Shown: in pieces, positions 38,161 to 49,545 of the stretch
Position numbering within the stretch: position 1 is the stretch's first letter
Layout: every line of letters starts with the position of its first letter
From: Malacoraja senta
Taxonomy: Eukaryota
Assembly (NCBI GenBank): GCA_038087875.1
Contig: CM075995.1
Coordinates: 4,280,001-4,344,000, forward strand
Direction: 5' to 3'
Length of the DNA: 64,000 nt
Position numbers and translations under genes: made by a program
Notes under the pieces: model-generated
Seen by the model: only the letters and a program-made list of their open reading frames with translations
What the model was told of the DNA's origin: nothing
Database searches by the model: none

Positions 38161-38561
38161 GGTGCAAAAGTACTTTAAAAAAATAAAAAATTGAGGTCGG
38201 GTAAGGGGGGATGATAGTTGAAGAGTTGGTATGTCCTATTTACGTGATGCTCAAAAAAAAAAACATTTGTTTTTCTTTTTTTCTCTCTCTCTTTTCTTTT
38301 CTTAGGGCCTATTTCTTAACTCCTTTTTTTTTTTGTCTTTAATTTCGCTTTCATAGGGTCCTCGTCCCTTTTTTTTTTTTTGTTTGTTGTTACATTTTCT
38401 ACACTTTTCTACACTTGCACTTTTTCCTTCACTTTCTTCTCTCTTTCAATCTTTTCTTTCTTTAGCGTAAAAAAAAAATAAAGGGAGTACATTAATTGTA
38501 AGAAGATATAAATGACGAGTATTAATGTATGTGGCTGTGATGTAATGTACTTCTAATAAAT

Positions 38562-38593
<32 letters not shown>

Positions 38594-39978
38594 CAGAAGA
38601 ATAGGTGGTGCAGCGGTAGAGTTGCTGCCTTACAGCACCAGAGACCCGGGTTCAATCCTGGCTACGGGTGCTGTCTGTACGGAGTTTGTGCGTTCTCCAC
38701 ATGACCTGTGTGGGTTTTCTCCGGGAGCTCCGGTTTCCTCCCACACTCCAAAGACGTACAGGTTTGTAGGTTAATTGTCCGGTAAAAATTGTAACTTGCC
38801 CTTAGTGTGTGTAAGATAGTGTTAGTGTATGGGGATCGCTGGTCGGCGCGGATTCGGTGGGCCGAAATGCCTGTTTCTCCGCTGTATCTCTGAACTAAAC
38901 TAAACTAAACTCAAGATTCAATATTGCAGAGGTCTAGGAAAAGGTTCATTTTTTAAACAGTATTAAGATCAATTCTGCAGTGTGTTTGTGATAAGTGATT
39001 GTTTTCCATTACTATCAGTTCAAGAAACTTTGGCTGTAACCTCGCCTGCCCAAGTAGATTAAAGTCAAGAAAAGTAATTCACTTTCACTTTCTTTGGGTT
39101 TATTCCTTTCCTCCTGTTTAACATTGCCAGTAAATAAACTTGCGGTAAAACTTGTCGTTAATAAGAAAAAATCTGAAATATTCAAAAATCACTCCTCACT
39201 CCTAAGGAAATATGCATATTACATAATATCCTATCGTCCATCTATAATTTTCAGGAAAAAATAATCTTAAATAATAAGAGTGATACCGCCAGAATTTTAA
39301 AAACTAATAACTTTAACAAACCTGGAGGATGAAGAGTAATACAGAAAGAGGTGATGGAAATAAAGTATGTTATAGAGTCAGTCATGGAGTCATATAGTGT
39401 GGAAACAGGCCCTTCGACCCAACTTGCCAAAACTGACCAACATGTCCCATCTACACTAGTCTCTCTTGTCTCCGTTTGGCCCATATCCCTCAAAACATGT
39501 CCTATCAATGTACCTCTAATTGTGTCTCAAACATTGCAATAGTCTCTGCGTCAACTACCTCCTCTGGCAGTTTGTTGCATACACCCAACGCACTTTTTGT
39601 GAAAAAATTACCCATCATCTTTATTACCAAAACTAAGATCTTGACCGCTTTTGACTTACTGTTTGGAGATTTACGAGAAAACGCCCCCACTTACGGCCGT
39701 CATTTTTGGCCACCTCGCTCAGAGCCCCCCCCCCCCTGCCGGACTGGACCAGAGTCTTTTTCCCATCGGTGAAAAATCAGAGAGATATTCATGTTTTTTA
39801 AAAATTCGCCATTCTCTCTGCTGCCCCCGCTGGTGGCAGGGGGGAGAGACTATAAAACCTGGAAGTGTCGTGGCTCACTCAGTCTCTGCCAGACAGATAA
39901 AGCGAGAGGGTCATGGCTCTCTGAGCTGCGAATAACGCTGAATGCATGTCTACTCCACGGTGAGTCCCCGGGATGTGG

Positions 39979-40662
39979 TTTTCAGAAAATGTGTTTGTTG
40001 CTTGCAAAGTGTTTGCCCAATTGGCATTTTGGCTTTTTAAAGGGCTTTCAGAAAATGTGTTTTGTTTGCTTGCAAAGTGTTTGCCCAATTGGCTTTTTGG
40101 CTTTTTAAAGGGCTTTCAGAAAATGTGTTTTGTTGGCTTGCAAAGTGTTTGCCCAATTGGCTTTTTGGCTTTTCAAAGGGCTTTCAGAAAATGTGTTTTG
40201 TTGGCTTGCAAAGTGTTTACCCAATTGGCTTTTTGGCTTTTTAAAGGGCTTTCAGAAAATGTGTTTTGTTGGCTTGCAAAGTGTTTGCCCAATTGGCTTT
40301 TTGGCTTTTCAAAGGGCTTTCAGGAAATATGTTTTGTTGGCTTGCAAAGTGTTTGCCCAATTGGCTTTTTGGATTTTTAAATGGCTTTCAGAAAATGTGA
40401 TTTGTTGGCTTGCAAAGTGTTTCCCAAATTGGCTTTATGGCTTTTTAAAGGGCTTTCAGAAAATGTATTTTGTTGGCTTGCAAAGTGTTTGCCCAATTGG
40501 CTTTTTGGCTTTTTAAAGGGCTTTCAGAAAATGTGTTTTGTTGGCTTGCAAAGTGTTTGCCCAATTGGCTTTTTGGCTTTTTAAAGGGCTTTCAGAAAAT
40601 GTGTTTTGTTGGCTTGCAAAGTGTTTGCCCAATTGGCTTGGCTTTTAAAGGGTTTGCTTGCA
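39979..40662. repeat. 68-bp minisatellite, about 10 copies, inside the Helitron
   Basis: Unit tttcagaaaatgtgttttgttggcttgcaaagtgtttgcccaattggctttttggctttttaaagggc repeated head to tail with few substitutions. Confidence 0.95.
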
Positions 40663-41157
40663 ACAGTTTTCGGATGGATAAAGCGTGAATAAACATTTTA
40701 TTAGATCAGGACTGTGTTTAATTTCAAAATTGACGTTCATTCTGTGATTTTCGCTTAGTTGCAAGATGGTGCCCATGATGTCATTATTTCTTAAAATTTG
40801 ACCGCTGAATCTCTCTATATTAAAATTGTCTCTTTTTATCAACAGGAAATAGTCATCAAGAGGCAGTGAGCAGCAGAACACAACAAGAGACACAACAAGA
40901 AAGAACTTAATAATTCTCATCTTTAACATTTAAATTGTTCTTATATTTTAAGTCATTCACATTTTAAACTTTAATAAATCCTTTTTGCACTTTTGATGCC
41001 TGTGTGTTCTTCATCACAATGGAAACCTAATGGGCAGAAATGGCTGCTCTGTGGGAGAGCCACTAAGAGTGCATGGGGGAGGGCTTTGGGGAGATGCACT
41101 GAATGTGTGGGGGGGAGGGGAATGGCAAGGAGCAGAGTGGGGGGGTGAAAGGAGAAG

Positions 41158-41440
41158 GGGTGACTGAGTGAACTGCCAGCGTACCAGGCGTGAGTGACTG
41201 CACTGCCAGCCCATGAGCCGTGAGTAAGTGAACTACCAGCCCACCAGCCATAAGTGACTGAACTGCCAGTCCAATAATCCATTCAGTCCACCCTCTCCCC
41301 CTTCTCTCTCACAGTCTGTCACCTGTTTTGGGCAGAATTTCTGGCAGTTTCTCAGCTGCCAGCCTGCCAGGTCCGAGTGACTGTACTGCCAGGCCTCAGT
41401 GACTGAGCTGCCTGGCCTCAGTGACTGAGCTGCCAGCCCA
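41158..41440. repeat. Degenerate ~25-30-bp tandem motif (gtgactgaactgccagcc) inside the Helitron
   Basis: About seven variants of gtgactg[a/c/t]actgccag are visible between 41160 and 41440. Confidence 0.7.
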
Positions 41441-43689
41441 AGAATCTATTCGGCCCACAATGTCCATACTAGCCCTCTGGAAACCAGTACCTTCGGCCCA
41501 CAACACCCATACTAGCGCAACAGAAAGCCCCCCCCCCCCCACTGGCCAGCTATATTGGAATTGGTGGAGAGGTGGAATATTGCATTGGGTGACCAGCCCT
41601 CCTGTGTGATGCTGGGACCCAACGGGTCCCACTTAGTCTAGTATTCATATTAAAAAAATTCCCCTTCACCTAAAACCTATGCCCTCTGGGTCTTGATTCC
41701 CCTACTCTGGGCAAGAGACTGTGAATTTCCCGATCTATTCTTCTCATGATTTTATACACCTCTCTAAAGATCATTCATCATCCTCCTGCATGCCAGGGAA
41801 TAGAGTTCCAGTCTGAAGAACGGTCTCGATCCAAAACGACACATATTCCTTTTCTCCAGGGATGCTGCCTGTCCCGCTGAGTTACTCCAGCTTTTTGTGT
41901 CTATCTTGCTCAACCTCTCTCCATAGCTCAGACCCGAGGCCTGGCAACATCCTTGTAAATCTTCTCTGAACCCTTTCTAATGTTTAGTTCAGAGATACAG
42001 CGTGGAAACAGGCCCTTTGGCCCACCGAGGCCGCACTAACCAGTGATCCCCGCACATTAACAGTATCCTACACACACTAGGGACAATTGATGTACACTTA
42101 TACCAAGCCAATTAACCTACAAAACAGTATATCTTTGGAGTGTGGGAGGAAACCAGAGCACCTGGAGAAAATCCAAGGAGCGAGCATACAAACTCCGTAC
42201 GTACAGCACCCGTGGTCAGGATCGAACCTAGGTCTCAGGTATTGTATGCGCTGGAAGGCAGCAACTCTACCGCTGCGCCACTGTGCCACCCATTGTTGAT
42301 CAGAATTTTTTCCAAGGCTATACTTGTGAGTGCATAATCAAAATGAATGCTCCAAAACACGCATCTTAATTTGCCAGACTTATATAACTAACTCCGATTG
42401 CTGTTACTCAGTGATCGTAGTGGACTAAAAACCTCACACCACCTTAAGCAATGCTCAGTGAAAATGAGCTCTACTTCGAAGGAGATTTGAAATCCATCTC
42501 TTTTACCACATGTTTAACAACCTATCTTAATATCTCTTTCTGAGACTAAGTGCCACATTTTATGTGATAACACCCCTGAAGCACCTTGCGATGTTTTACT
42601 ATATCAAAGCTACAAATGCAAGATGTTATTCTTGCCAAAAAAAACATGCCGTAGGCAACGAAGAAGTTCTTACAGACTTTGCTAATCAGCAGGTTTTATG
42701 GCTCTACCCCTTTCAGAAAACCTATCGTCAAGAGTGGGATGTGGATCATGCAAACTCATACAGCAGTGCCAGTTTTATGTCGGCATTCAAGGTTGGCCGT
42801 CAGAATTCTATCCATCTTGTGTGCGCAACAAATAGGGAAATCTGAGCTTGGAGATTGGAAAAGAATGCTAATTATTGGGAAGAGCAGAATTCATGGACAC
42901 CTCACAGTAAATTTTCCAAATGGTCCAAGGAGCAGCTTCATACCCAGTTATGCAAATCATCTCTGTTGACATGCTCCACGTAAAACAATTTGCATAGTGT
43001 ACCTCTTTGGAGTGTGGGAGGAAACCAGAGCAGCCAGAGAAAACCCACGCAGGTCAGAGGGAGAACATACAAACTCCGTACAGACAGCACCTGAAGTCAG
43101 GATCGAACCTGGGTCTCTGGCGCTGTAAGGCAGCAGCACCACTCCTGTGCCACCGTGCCGCCATTATCCTGCTTCAAAGCATAGTGCTTTAAATCAGCAC
43201 ATTAGCCTGTAACAGAAGTCACCAGCAGTCTGTACTGGGTAAGGACAACAATTATCCTGCTCCAAAAGGCATGTAAGGATCAGTCGTGTATTTTACAAAG
43301 AAAAAGGGTCCGACTCAGTGTCAAATTTGGGGATGTTAGCATTTCATTTCCAGATTAACTTATTAAATATTTCCAAATTCCCAGACTATGACAGTAGAAT
43401 ATGTATTCTCACTCTTACAATACAAGTCGTACTCCAACATCGTACGGTCAAAGTCGTACAGGTGTGTGGGTCACTTGGCTTTGGAAAGATGGTAAATTGT
43501 CCCAAGTGTGTAGGATAGTGTTAGTGTCCAGGGATCGCTGGTCGGCACAGACCCGGTGGACCGAAGGGCCTGTTTCCACGCTGTATCTCTAAACTCAACC
43601 AAATTAAAGTAAAAGTTGGGCCATATGTTGCTTTTGAGCATTGGTGTCCTGTGTTTTAATAAGGCATATAAGGCATGCTCAGACCTTAA

Positions 43690-44157
43690 AGGGCCTGTCC
43701 CACTTGGCCGTCATTTGCGCCTCATTTACGCATCATATGTAAAATAGGTCGACGCGTCGTGATGCACGATGTCGCGCGCAGATCACGCATCAGCGCAGCC
43801 GTCTGGTGCGTGTGACATCATTAGAATACCCTGCGGCGCGTGGCGACGCATGGTTACGGACATCGACGCACGGTGACGTAACCATGCGTCACCACGCGAT
43901 ACACGTGAGTCATCGGGACGCCAGCGTGCGACGCCAATATGTCAGCGTGCGTACGCGATAGATCCCGCAGGTGGCGAGCGAGGATTTAGTTACACTACGA
44001 AATCCTGGAGTGCCGCGCGATACTGCGAGCCACCGCATGCGATTCCACGCCTCACCATGCGCAATGCGTGCGTTACCCACACGCACCCCACGCGTCGACC
44101 TACTTTACATATGACGCGTAAATGAAGCGCAAATGACGGCCAAGTGGGACAGGCCCT
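43690..44157. mobile_element. PIF/Harbinger-type MITE
   Basis: TIRs of ~65 bp, agggcctgtcccacttggccgtcatttgcgc; TAA TSD; CpG-rich interior. Confidence 0.88.
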
Positions 44158-44959
44158 TAAGAGGATGACTGGTTTACGTCTTAAGTGTGTGGCGGTTTTT
44201 GTCTTGTACTTTTCAACACAGCCATATGGATTCCATTCGCCATGAAAAGCACGTGTATCCGGAATGCACTTTCAAAAGCCTTGAAGACAAAAAAAACATC
44301 TCAAAGATAAAACTATCTTAACTGCTTCATTAAACAATAATCTTGTCAGATTATTTTGCCCTGAACAGAGCAAAAATAAAAGCAGACTCCATCTTCACTC
44401 CTACAACCTTGGCAATAGAATGTAGTTTCTGCTATTATCACATCCCCATCCTAATGTAAAAATGAAGTGAATTAGTGAGGTATGAAGTGGAACACTTACT
44501 GAGAGAGAACTATCTATGGATTAGAGATGGTCGTGCTCGCAATGGATCTTCGAAACAAATCAGAACACAAATTGCAAATTAATGCTGAATGGTTTAAGAA
44601 GCCAGTAGCATTAACTTATGAATTATTAAGTTGATTTGGAATAATTCTCCAGTGAGAAAACTCACTGACCATATGAGTTACAAAAAGTTTTAAAAAGGAA
44701 GTGCAAGATGCAGAAAGGTGTGATTTAATTCTTCAAGCTGAACTGAAAATACATATTTGACAGAAGTACATCCTACTGCCTGTTCCTCGCAATGAAGCCA
44801 TACATTTGGAATGAAAGATGAAATACTTCCTTACATAGAGTCATTGAGAGTCATCCAGTAAGGAAGTATTTCATCTTTCATTCCTAGAAATTCTCCAGTG
44901 AGAAAACAGGCCCTTTGGCCCAAATTGCCTACACATACCAACAGGTCCCATCTATAGAC

Positions 44960-46670
44960 AGGAGACAACAGGTGCAGGTGTAGGCCATTCGGCCTTCGAG
45001 CCAGCACCGCCATTCAATGTGATCATGGCTGATCATCCCCAATCAGTACCCCGTTCCTGCCTTCTCCCCATATCCCCTGACTCCGCTATCTTTAAGAGCC
45101 TTATCTAGCTCTCTCTTGAAAGTATCCAGAGAACCGGAATCCAGAGAATTCCACACAACTCTCTGTGTGAAAAAGTGTTTCCACGTCTCCGTTCTAAATG
45201 GCTTACCCCTTATTCTTAAACTGTGACCCCCGGTTCTGGACTCCCCCAACATCGGGAACATGTTTCCTGCCTCTAGCGTGTCCAAACACTTAATCATCTT
45301 ATATGTTTCAATAAAATCCCCTCTCATCCTTCTAAACTCCAGCGTATACAAGCCCAGCCGCTCCAGTCTCTCAACATATGACAGTCCCGCCATCCCGGGA
45401 ATTAACCTTGTAAACCTACGCTGCACTCCCTCAATAGCAAGAATGTCCTTCCTCAAATTAGGGGACCAAAACGGCACACAATACTCCAGGTGTGGTCTTA
45501 CTAGGGCCCTATACAACTGCGGAAGGACCTCCTTGCTCCTATACCTCAACTCCTCTCGTTATGAAGGCCAACATGCCATTCGCTTTCTTCACTGCCTGAT
45601 CTACACTTGTCCCACCTGCCTGCATTTGGCCCATAAACCTCCAAGCCTGTCCTATCCATGTACCTGTCTATTTTTTTCTTAAACATTGAGATAGTCCCTG
45701 CCTCAACTACCTCCTCTGGCAGCTTGTCCCATACAGCCAACACCCTCTACCAGTTCTATTCCTCTCATGATTTTATACACCTCTATAAAATCACTCCTCA
45801 TCCTCCTGCACTCCAAGNNNNNNNNNNNNNNNNNNNNNNNNNNNNNNNNNNNNNNNNNNNNNNNNNNNNNNNNNNNNNNNNNNNNNNNNNNNNNNNNNNN
45901 NNNNNNNNNNNNNNNNNNNNNNNNNNNNNNNNNNNNNNNNNNNNNNNNNNNNNNNNNNNNNNNNNNNNNNNNNNNNNNNNNNNNNNNNNNNNNNNNNNNN
46001 NNNNNNNNNNNNNNNNNAGTCTTTTCAATCTTTCCTCAAATGACAGTCCGCCATCCCAAGGATCAATCTTGTGAACCTACGCTGCACTTGCCTCAATCAC
46101 AAGGATGTCCTTCCTCAAATTAGGAGACCAAAACTGTACACAATACTCCAGATGTGGTCTCACCAGAGCCTGTACAACTGCAGAAGAACCTCTCTACTCC
46201 TATACTGAAATCCTCTTGTTATGAAGGCCAACATTCCATTAGCTTTCTTCACTGCCTACTGTACCTGCACGCCAACTTTCAGTGACTGGTGTACAAGGAC
46301 ACCCAGGTCTCGCTGTACCTCCCCCTTACCTAACCTAACCCCATTGAGATAATAATCTTCCCCCTTGTTTTTGCCACCAAAGTGGATAACCTCACATTTA
46401 TCTATATTATACTGCATCTGCCACGTATCTGCCCACTCACACAACCTGTCCAGGTCACCCTGCAACCTCCTAACATCCTCTTCACAGTTCACACTGCCAC
46501 CCAGCTTTGTGTCATCTGCAAACTTACTAGTGTTGCTCCTAATTCCCTCTTTCAAATCATTAATATATATGGTAAACAGTTGTGGCCCCAACACCGAGCT
46601 TTGCGGCACTCCACTCGCCACTGCCTGCCATTCTGAAAGAACCCGTTCACTCCTACTCTTTGTTTCCTGT
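44960..46670 (-). mobile_element. CR1 RT-to-3' fragments spanning an assembly gap
   Basis: VPQSSVLGPQLFTIYINDL, FADD and RPHLEYC motifs. Confidence 0.88.
45818..46017. other. Assembly gap (200 N)
   Basis: Run of 200 N flanked by CR1 sequence on both sides. Confidence 0.99.
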
Positions 46671-49545
46671 CTCAGATTCAGATTCAGATTCAAACTTTAT
46701 TGTCATTGTGCAGTGTACAAGTACAGAGACAACGAAATGCAGTTAGCATCTCACCCAGAAGAGCGAACATAGAATAATGGAACAGTAATATATATATATG
46801 TACATACAGTAGCAGTAGTGCAATTTTTCTGGGGGAAGGAGTGTCCGGGGGGTGGGGGGGGAGGGGTGACTGGCAATCACCAAGGTGCAGAGTTAAGTAG
46901 TGTAACAGCCGCAGGGAAGAAGCTGTTCCTGAACCTGCTGGTCCAGCAACGGAGAGACCTGTAGAGCCTTCCGGATGGGAGGAGGGTAAACAGTCTGTGG
47001 TTGGGGTGAGAGCAGTCCTTGACGATGCTGCGTGCCCTTCGCAGACATCACTTGCTCTGGACAGACTCAATGGAGGGGAGTGAGGAACCGGTGATGCGTT
47101 GGGCAGTTTTCACCACCCTCTGCAGTGCTTTCCGATCAGAGACAGAGCAGTTGCCATACCATACTGTGATACAGTTAGTGAGGATGCTCTCGATGGTGCA
47201 GCGGTAGAAGTTCACCAGAATCTGTGGAGACAGATGGACCTTCTTTAGTGTCCTCAGAAAGAAGAGACGCTGGTGAGCCTTCTTGACCAGTGTTGAGGTA
47301 TTGTGGGTCCAAGAGAGGTCATCAGAGATGTTGACCCCCAGAAACCTGAAGCTGGAAACACGCTCCACCTCCGTCCCGTTAATATGGATGGGGGTGTGCG
47401 TGCCACCCCTAGACCTTCTGTAGTCCACAATGAGCTCCTTGGTCTTCTTGTAGTTACAGGCCAGGTTGTTGTCAGCGCACCATGCTGCTAGGAGCTGTAC
47501 CTCCTCCCTATAGGCCGACTCATCGTTGTCGCTGATGAGGCCAATCACCATTGTATCATCTGCATACTTGATGATGGTGTTAGTACCATGTACAGGTGTG
47601 CAGTCGTAGGTGAAGAGGGAATAGAGGAGAGGGTTCAGTGTGAGGGTTGAAGAGGTGTGGTTGTCTAACCTAACAGACTGGGGTCTGTTAGTTAGAAAGT
47701 CCAGTATCCAGTTGCAGAGGGAGGGGTCGATGCCCAGGTCGAAGAGTTTGGTGATCAGTTTTGAGGGGATAATGGTGTTAAATGCTGAGCTACAGTCGAT
47801 GAGCAGCATTCTCACGTAGGTGTCTCTGTTGTCGAGGTGGGAGAGGGCGGAGTGAAGTGCCGTTGAGATGGCATCCTCCGTACTCCTGTTTTTGCGGTAG
47901 GCGAACTGATAGGGGTCCAGTGTGGGAGGTAGGCAGCCTTTGAGGTGTGCCAGGACCAGCCTCTCGAAGCACTTAGTGATGATGGGAGTAAGTGCAACTG
48001 GGCGGATGTCGTTGAGGCTCGCCGCAGTGGAGTGTTTTGGCACCGGCACGATGGAGGTTGTTTTAAGGCACGTGGGGACAACTGCTTGGGCAAGTGACAG
48101 GTTGAAGATGTCAGTCCAGACGTCTGTCAGCTGCGCAGCACAGGCCCTGAGGACGCGCCCGGGGATGCCGTCAGGGCCAGCAGCCTTACGTGCCTTAATC
48201 CTGCTCAGTGCCACATATGGGGGTGAGTGTGAGGGGCTGGTGATCAGCAGGGAGCACAGCCTTGATGGCCATCTCTTGATTGTCACTGTCAAAGCGGCCA
48301 TAAAAGTGGTTAAGCTCCTCAAGGAAGGAGGCGTCGCTGGATGTGGGGGTGGTGTTGGTGGATCTATAGTCCGTGATGGCCTGGATGCCTTGCCACATGC
48401 GTCGGGGGTCGGAGTTGTTGTTGAAGTGCTCCTCAATCCTGAGCTCATGGCAGTGCTTGGCCTTCTTGATGCCCCTCTTCAGGTTAGCCCTGGATGAACT
48501 GTAGGCTCGGGCATCGCCTGACCTGAAAGCGGTGTCACGTGCCTTCAGCAGTAGCCTGACCTCGCTGTTCATCCATGGCTTCTGATTCGGGAATGTGGTC
48601 ACCCGTTTGAGGGAAGTGACACTGTCGATGGTGGAGTTGATAAAGTCCAAAAAGGAGGATGTATAAGAGTCAATGTCCGTGTGGGAGTCAAGGGTGGCCT
48701 GAGCTGCAAATGCATTCCAGTCAGTGTTTCCAAAACGCTGCTGAAGTGTGGAGTCCGCTCCCTCTGACCGGACTTTAACTGTCCTCACTGTGGGTTTAAC
48801 CCGTCTGATGAGTGGGGAGTACTTTGGGAGCAGGAACAATGAGAGTCGATCAGACTATCCAAGGTGGGGGAGGGGGACGGCTTTGTAAGCTTCAGCCATG
48901 TTAGTGTAGACTTTGTCCAGTATCTTGTCTTCTCTAGTGGCGAAGGAGACATGTTGGTGGAATATGGGGAGTACAGTCTTCAAGTTGGATTGATTGAAGT
49001 CACCCGCAACAATGAAGGCTGCCTCGGGGTTGTGAGTCTGTTGTTTGCTAATGGCAGTATGCAGATCTTTCATTGCAAGCTTAGCATTAGCATCAGGAGG
49101 AATATAGGCTGCATTCACAACAGTGGAGGTAAACTCTCTGGGCAAATAGAACGGTCTGCATCTAACCAAGAGGAACTCTAGGTTAGCTGAGCAGTGACTC
49201 TCGATGATGGTGGTGTCCATGCACCATGCTTTATTTACATAAATGCACAGACCCCCACCTCTAGTCTGTTGTCCTGTCCGCTCGGAGTATATGACGCCCC
49301 GTTAGCTGGATGGCGCTGTCAGGAACGTCGATGTTAAGCCATGTTTCTGTGAAGATCAAGATGCTGCAGTCTTTAATCCAGTTGTGGGAGGTAATCCGTA
49401 GCCGGAGTTCGTCCATTTTGTTCGCCAGTGAGCGTACGTTGGCGAGGAAAAGGCTAGGAATCGATAGCTTGTGTGGGGCTCGCTCTAACCTGGCCTTTAA
49501 CCCACCTCGGCATCCACGGCGGTGTTTGCGTTCGCGTCGCCGTAC
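46671..49545 (-). mobile_element. Rex1/Babar-type LINE, long decayed copy
   Basis: APE motifs FLANVRSLANKMDEL, IFTETWL and VAGDFN. RT motifs KAAGPDG, DPYQFAY, YADD and FRFLG, plus AHQRLFFLR...[11 protein letters not shown] short (ttcaga)n tail lies at 46671-46692. Several frameshifts. Confidence 0.9.

Larger units (their letters stand above)
32302..38593 (+). mobile_element. Full-length L1-clade LINE with two uninterrupted ORFs
   Basis: 5' end near acttccggtggcg and a CpG-containing 5' UTR, then ORF1, an ~800-bp spacer, ORF2, a T-rich 3' UTR, AATAAA at 38555 and poly(A) at 38570-38593. No clear TSD could be resolved. Confidence 0.93.
39618..41641 (+). mobile_element. Non-autonomous Helitron (2024 bp) inserted in a CR1 3' fragment
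   Basis: Starts TC (tctttattac) and ends CTAG, with a subterminal hairpin tgggaccc-aac-gggtccca at 41613-41631. Inserted between A and T with no TSD. The flanks rejoin to ...aattacccatca^tattcatattaaa..., matching the CR1 tail seen elsewhere in the window (gttacccctcagattcctattaaa). Confidence 0.88.

Noticed and set aside
39973..40688. Cys/Phe/Lys-rich repetitive ORFs, and a possible CRISPR-like array
   Set aside because: These are translations of the 68-bp minisatellite. The units abut with no unique spacers, there are no cas genes, and the DNA is vertebrate.
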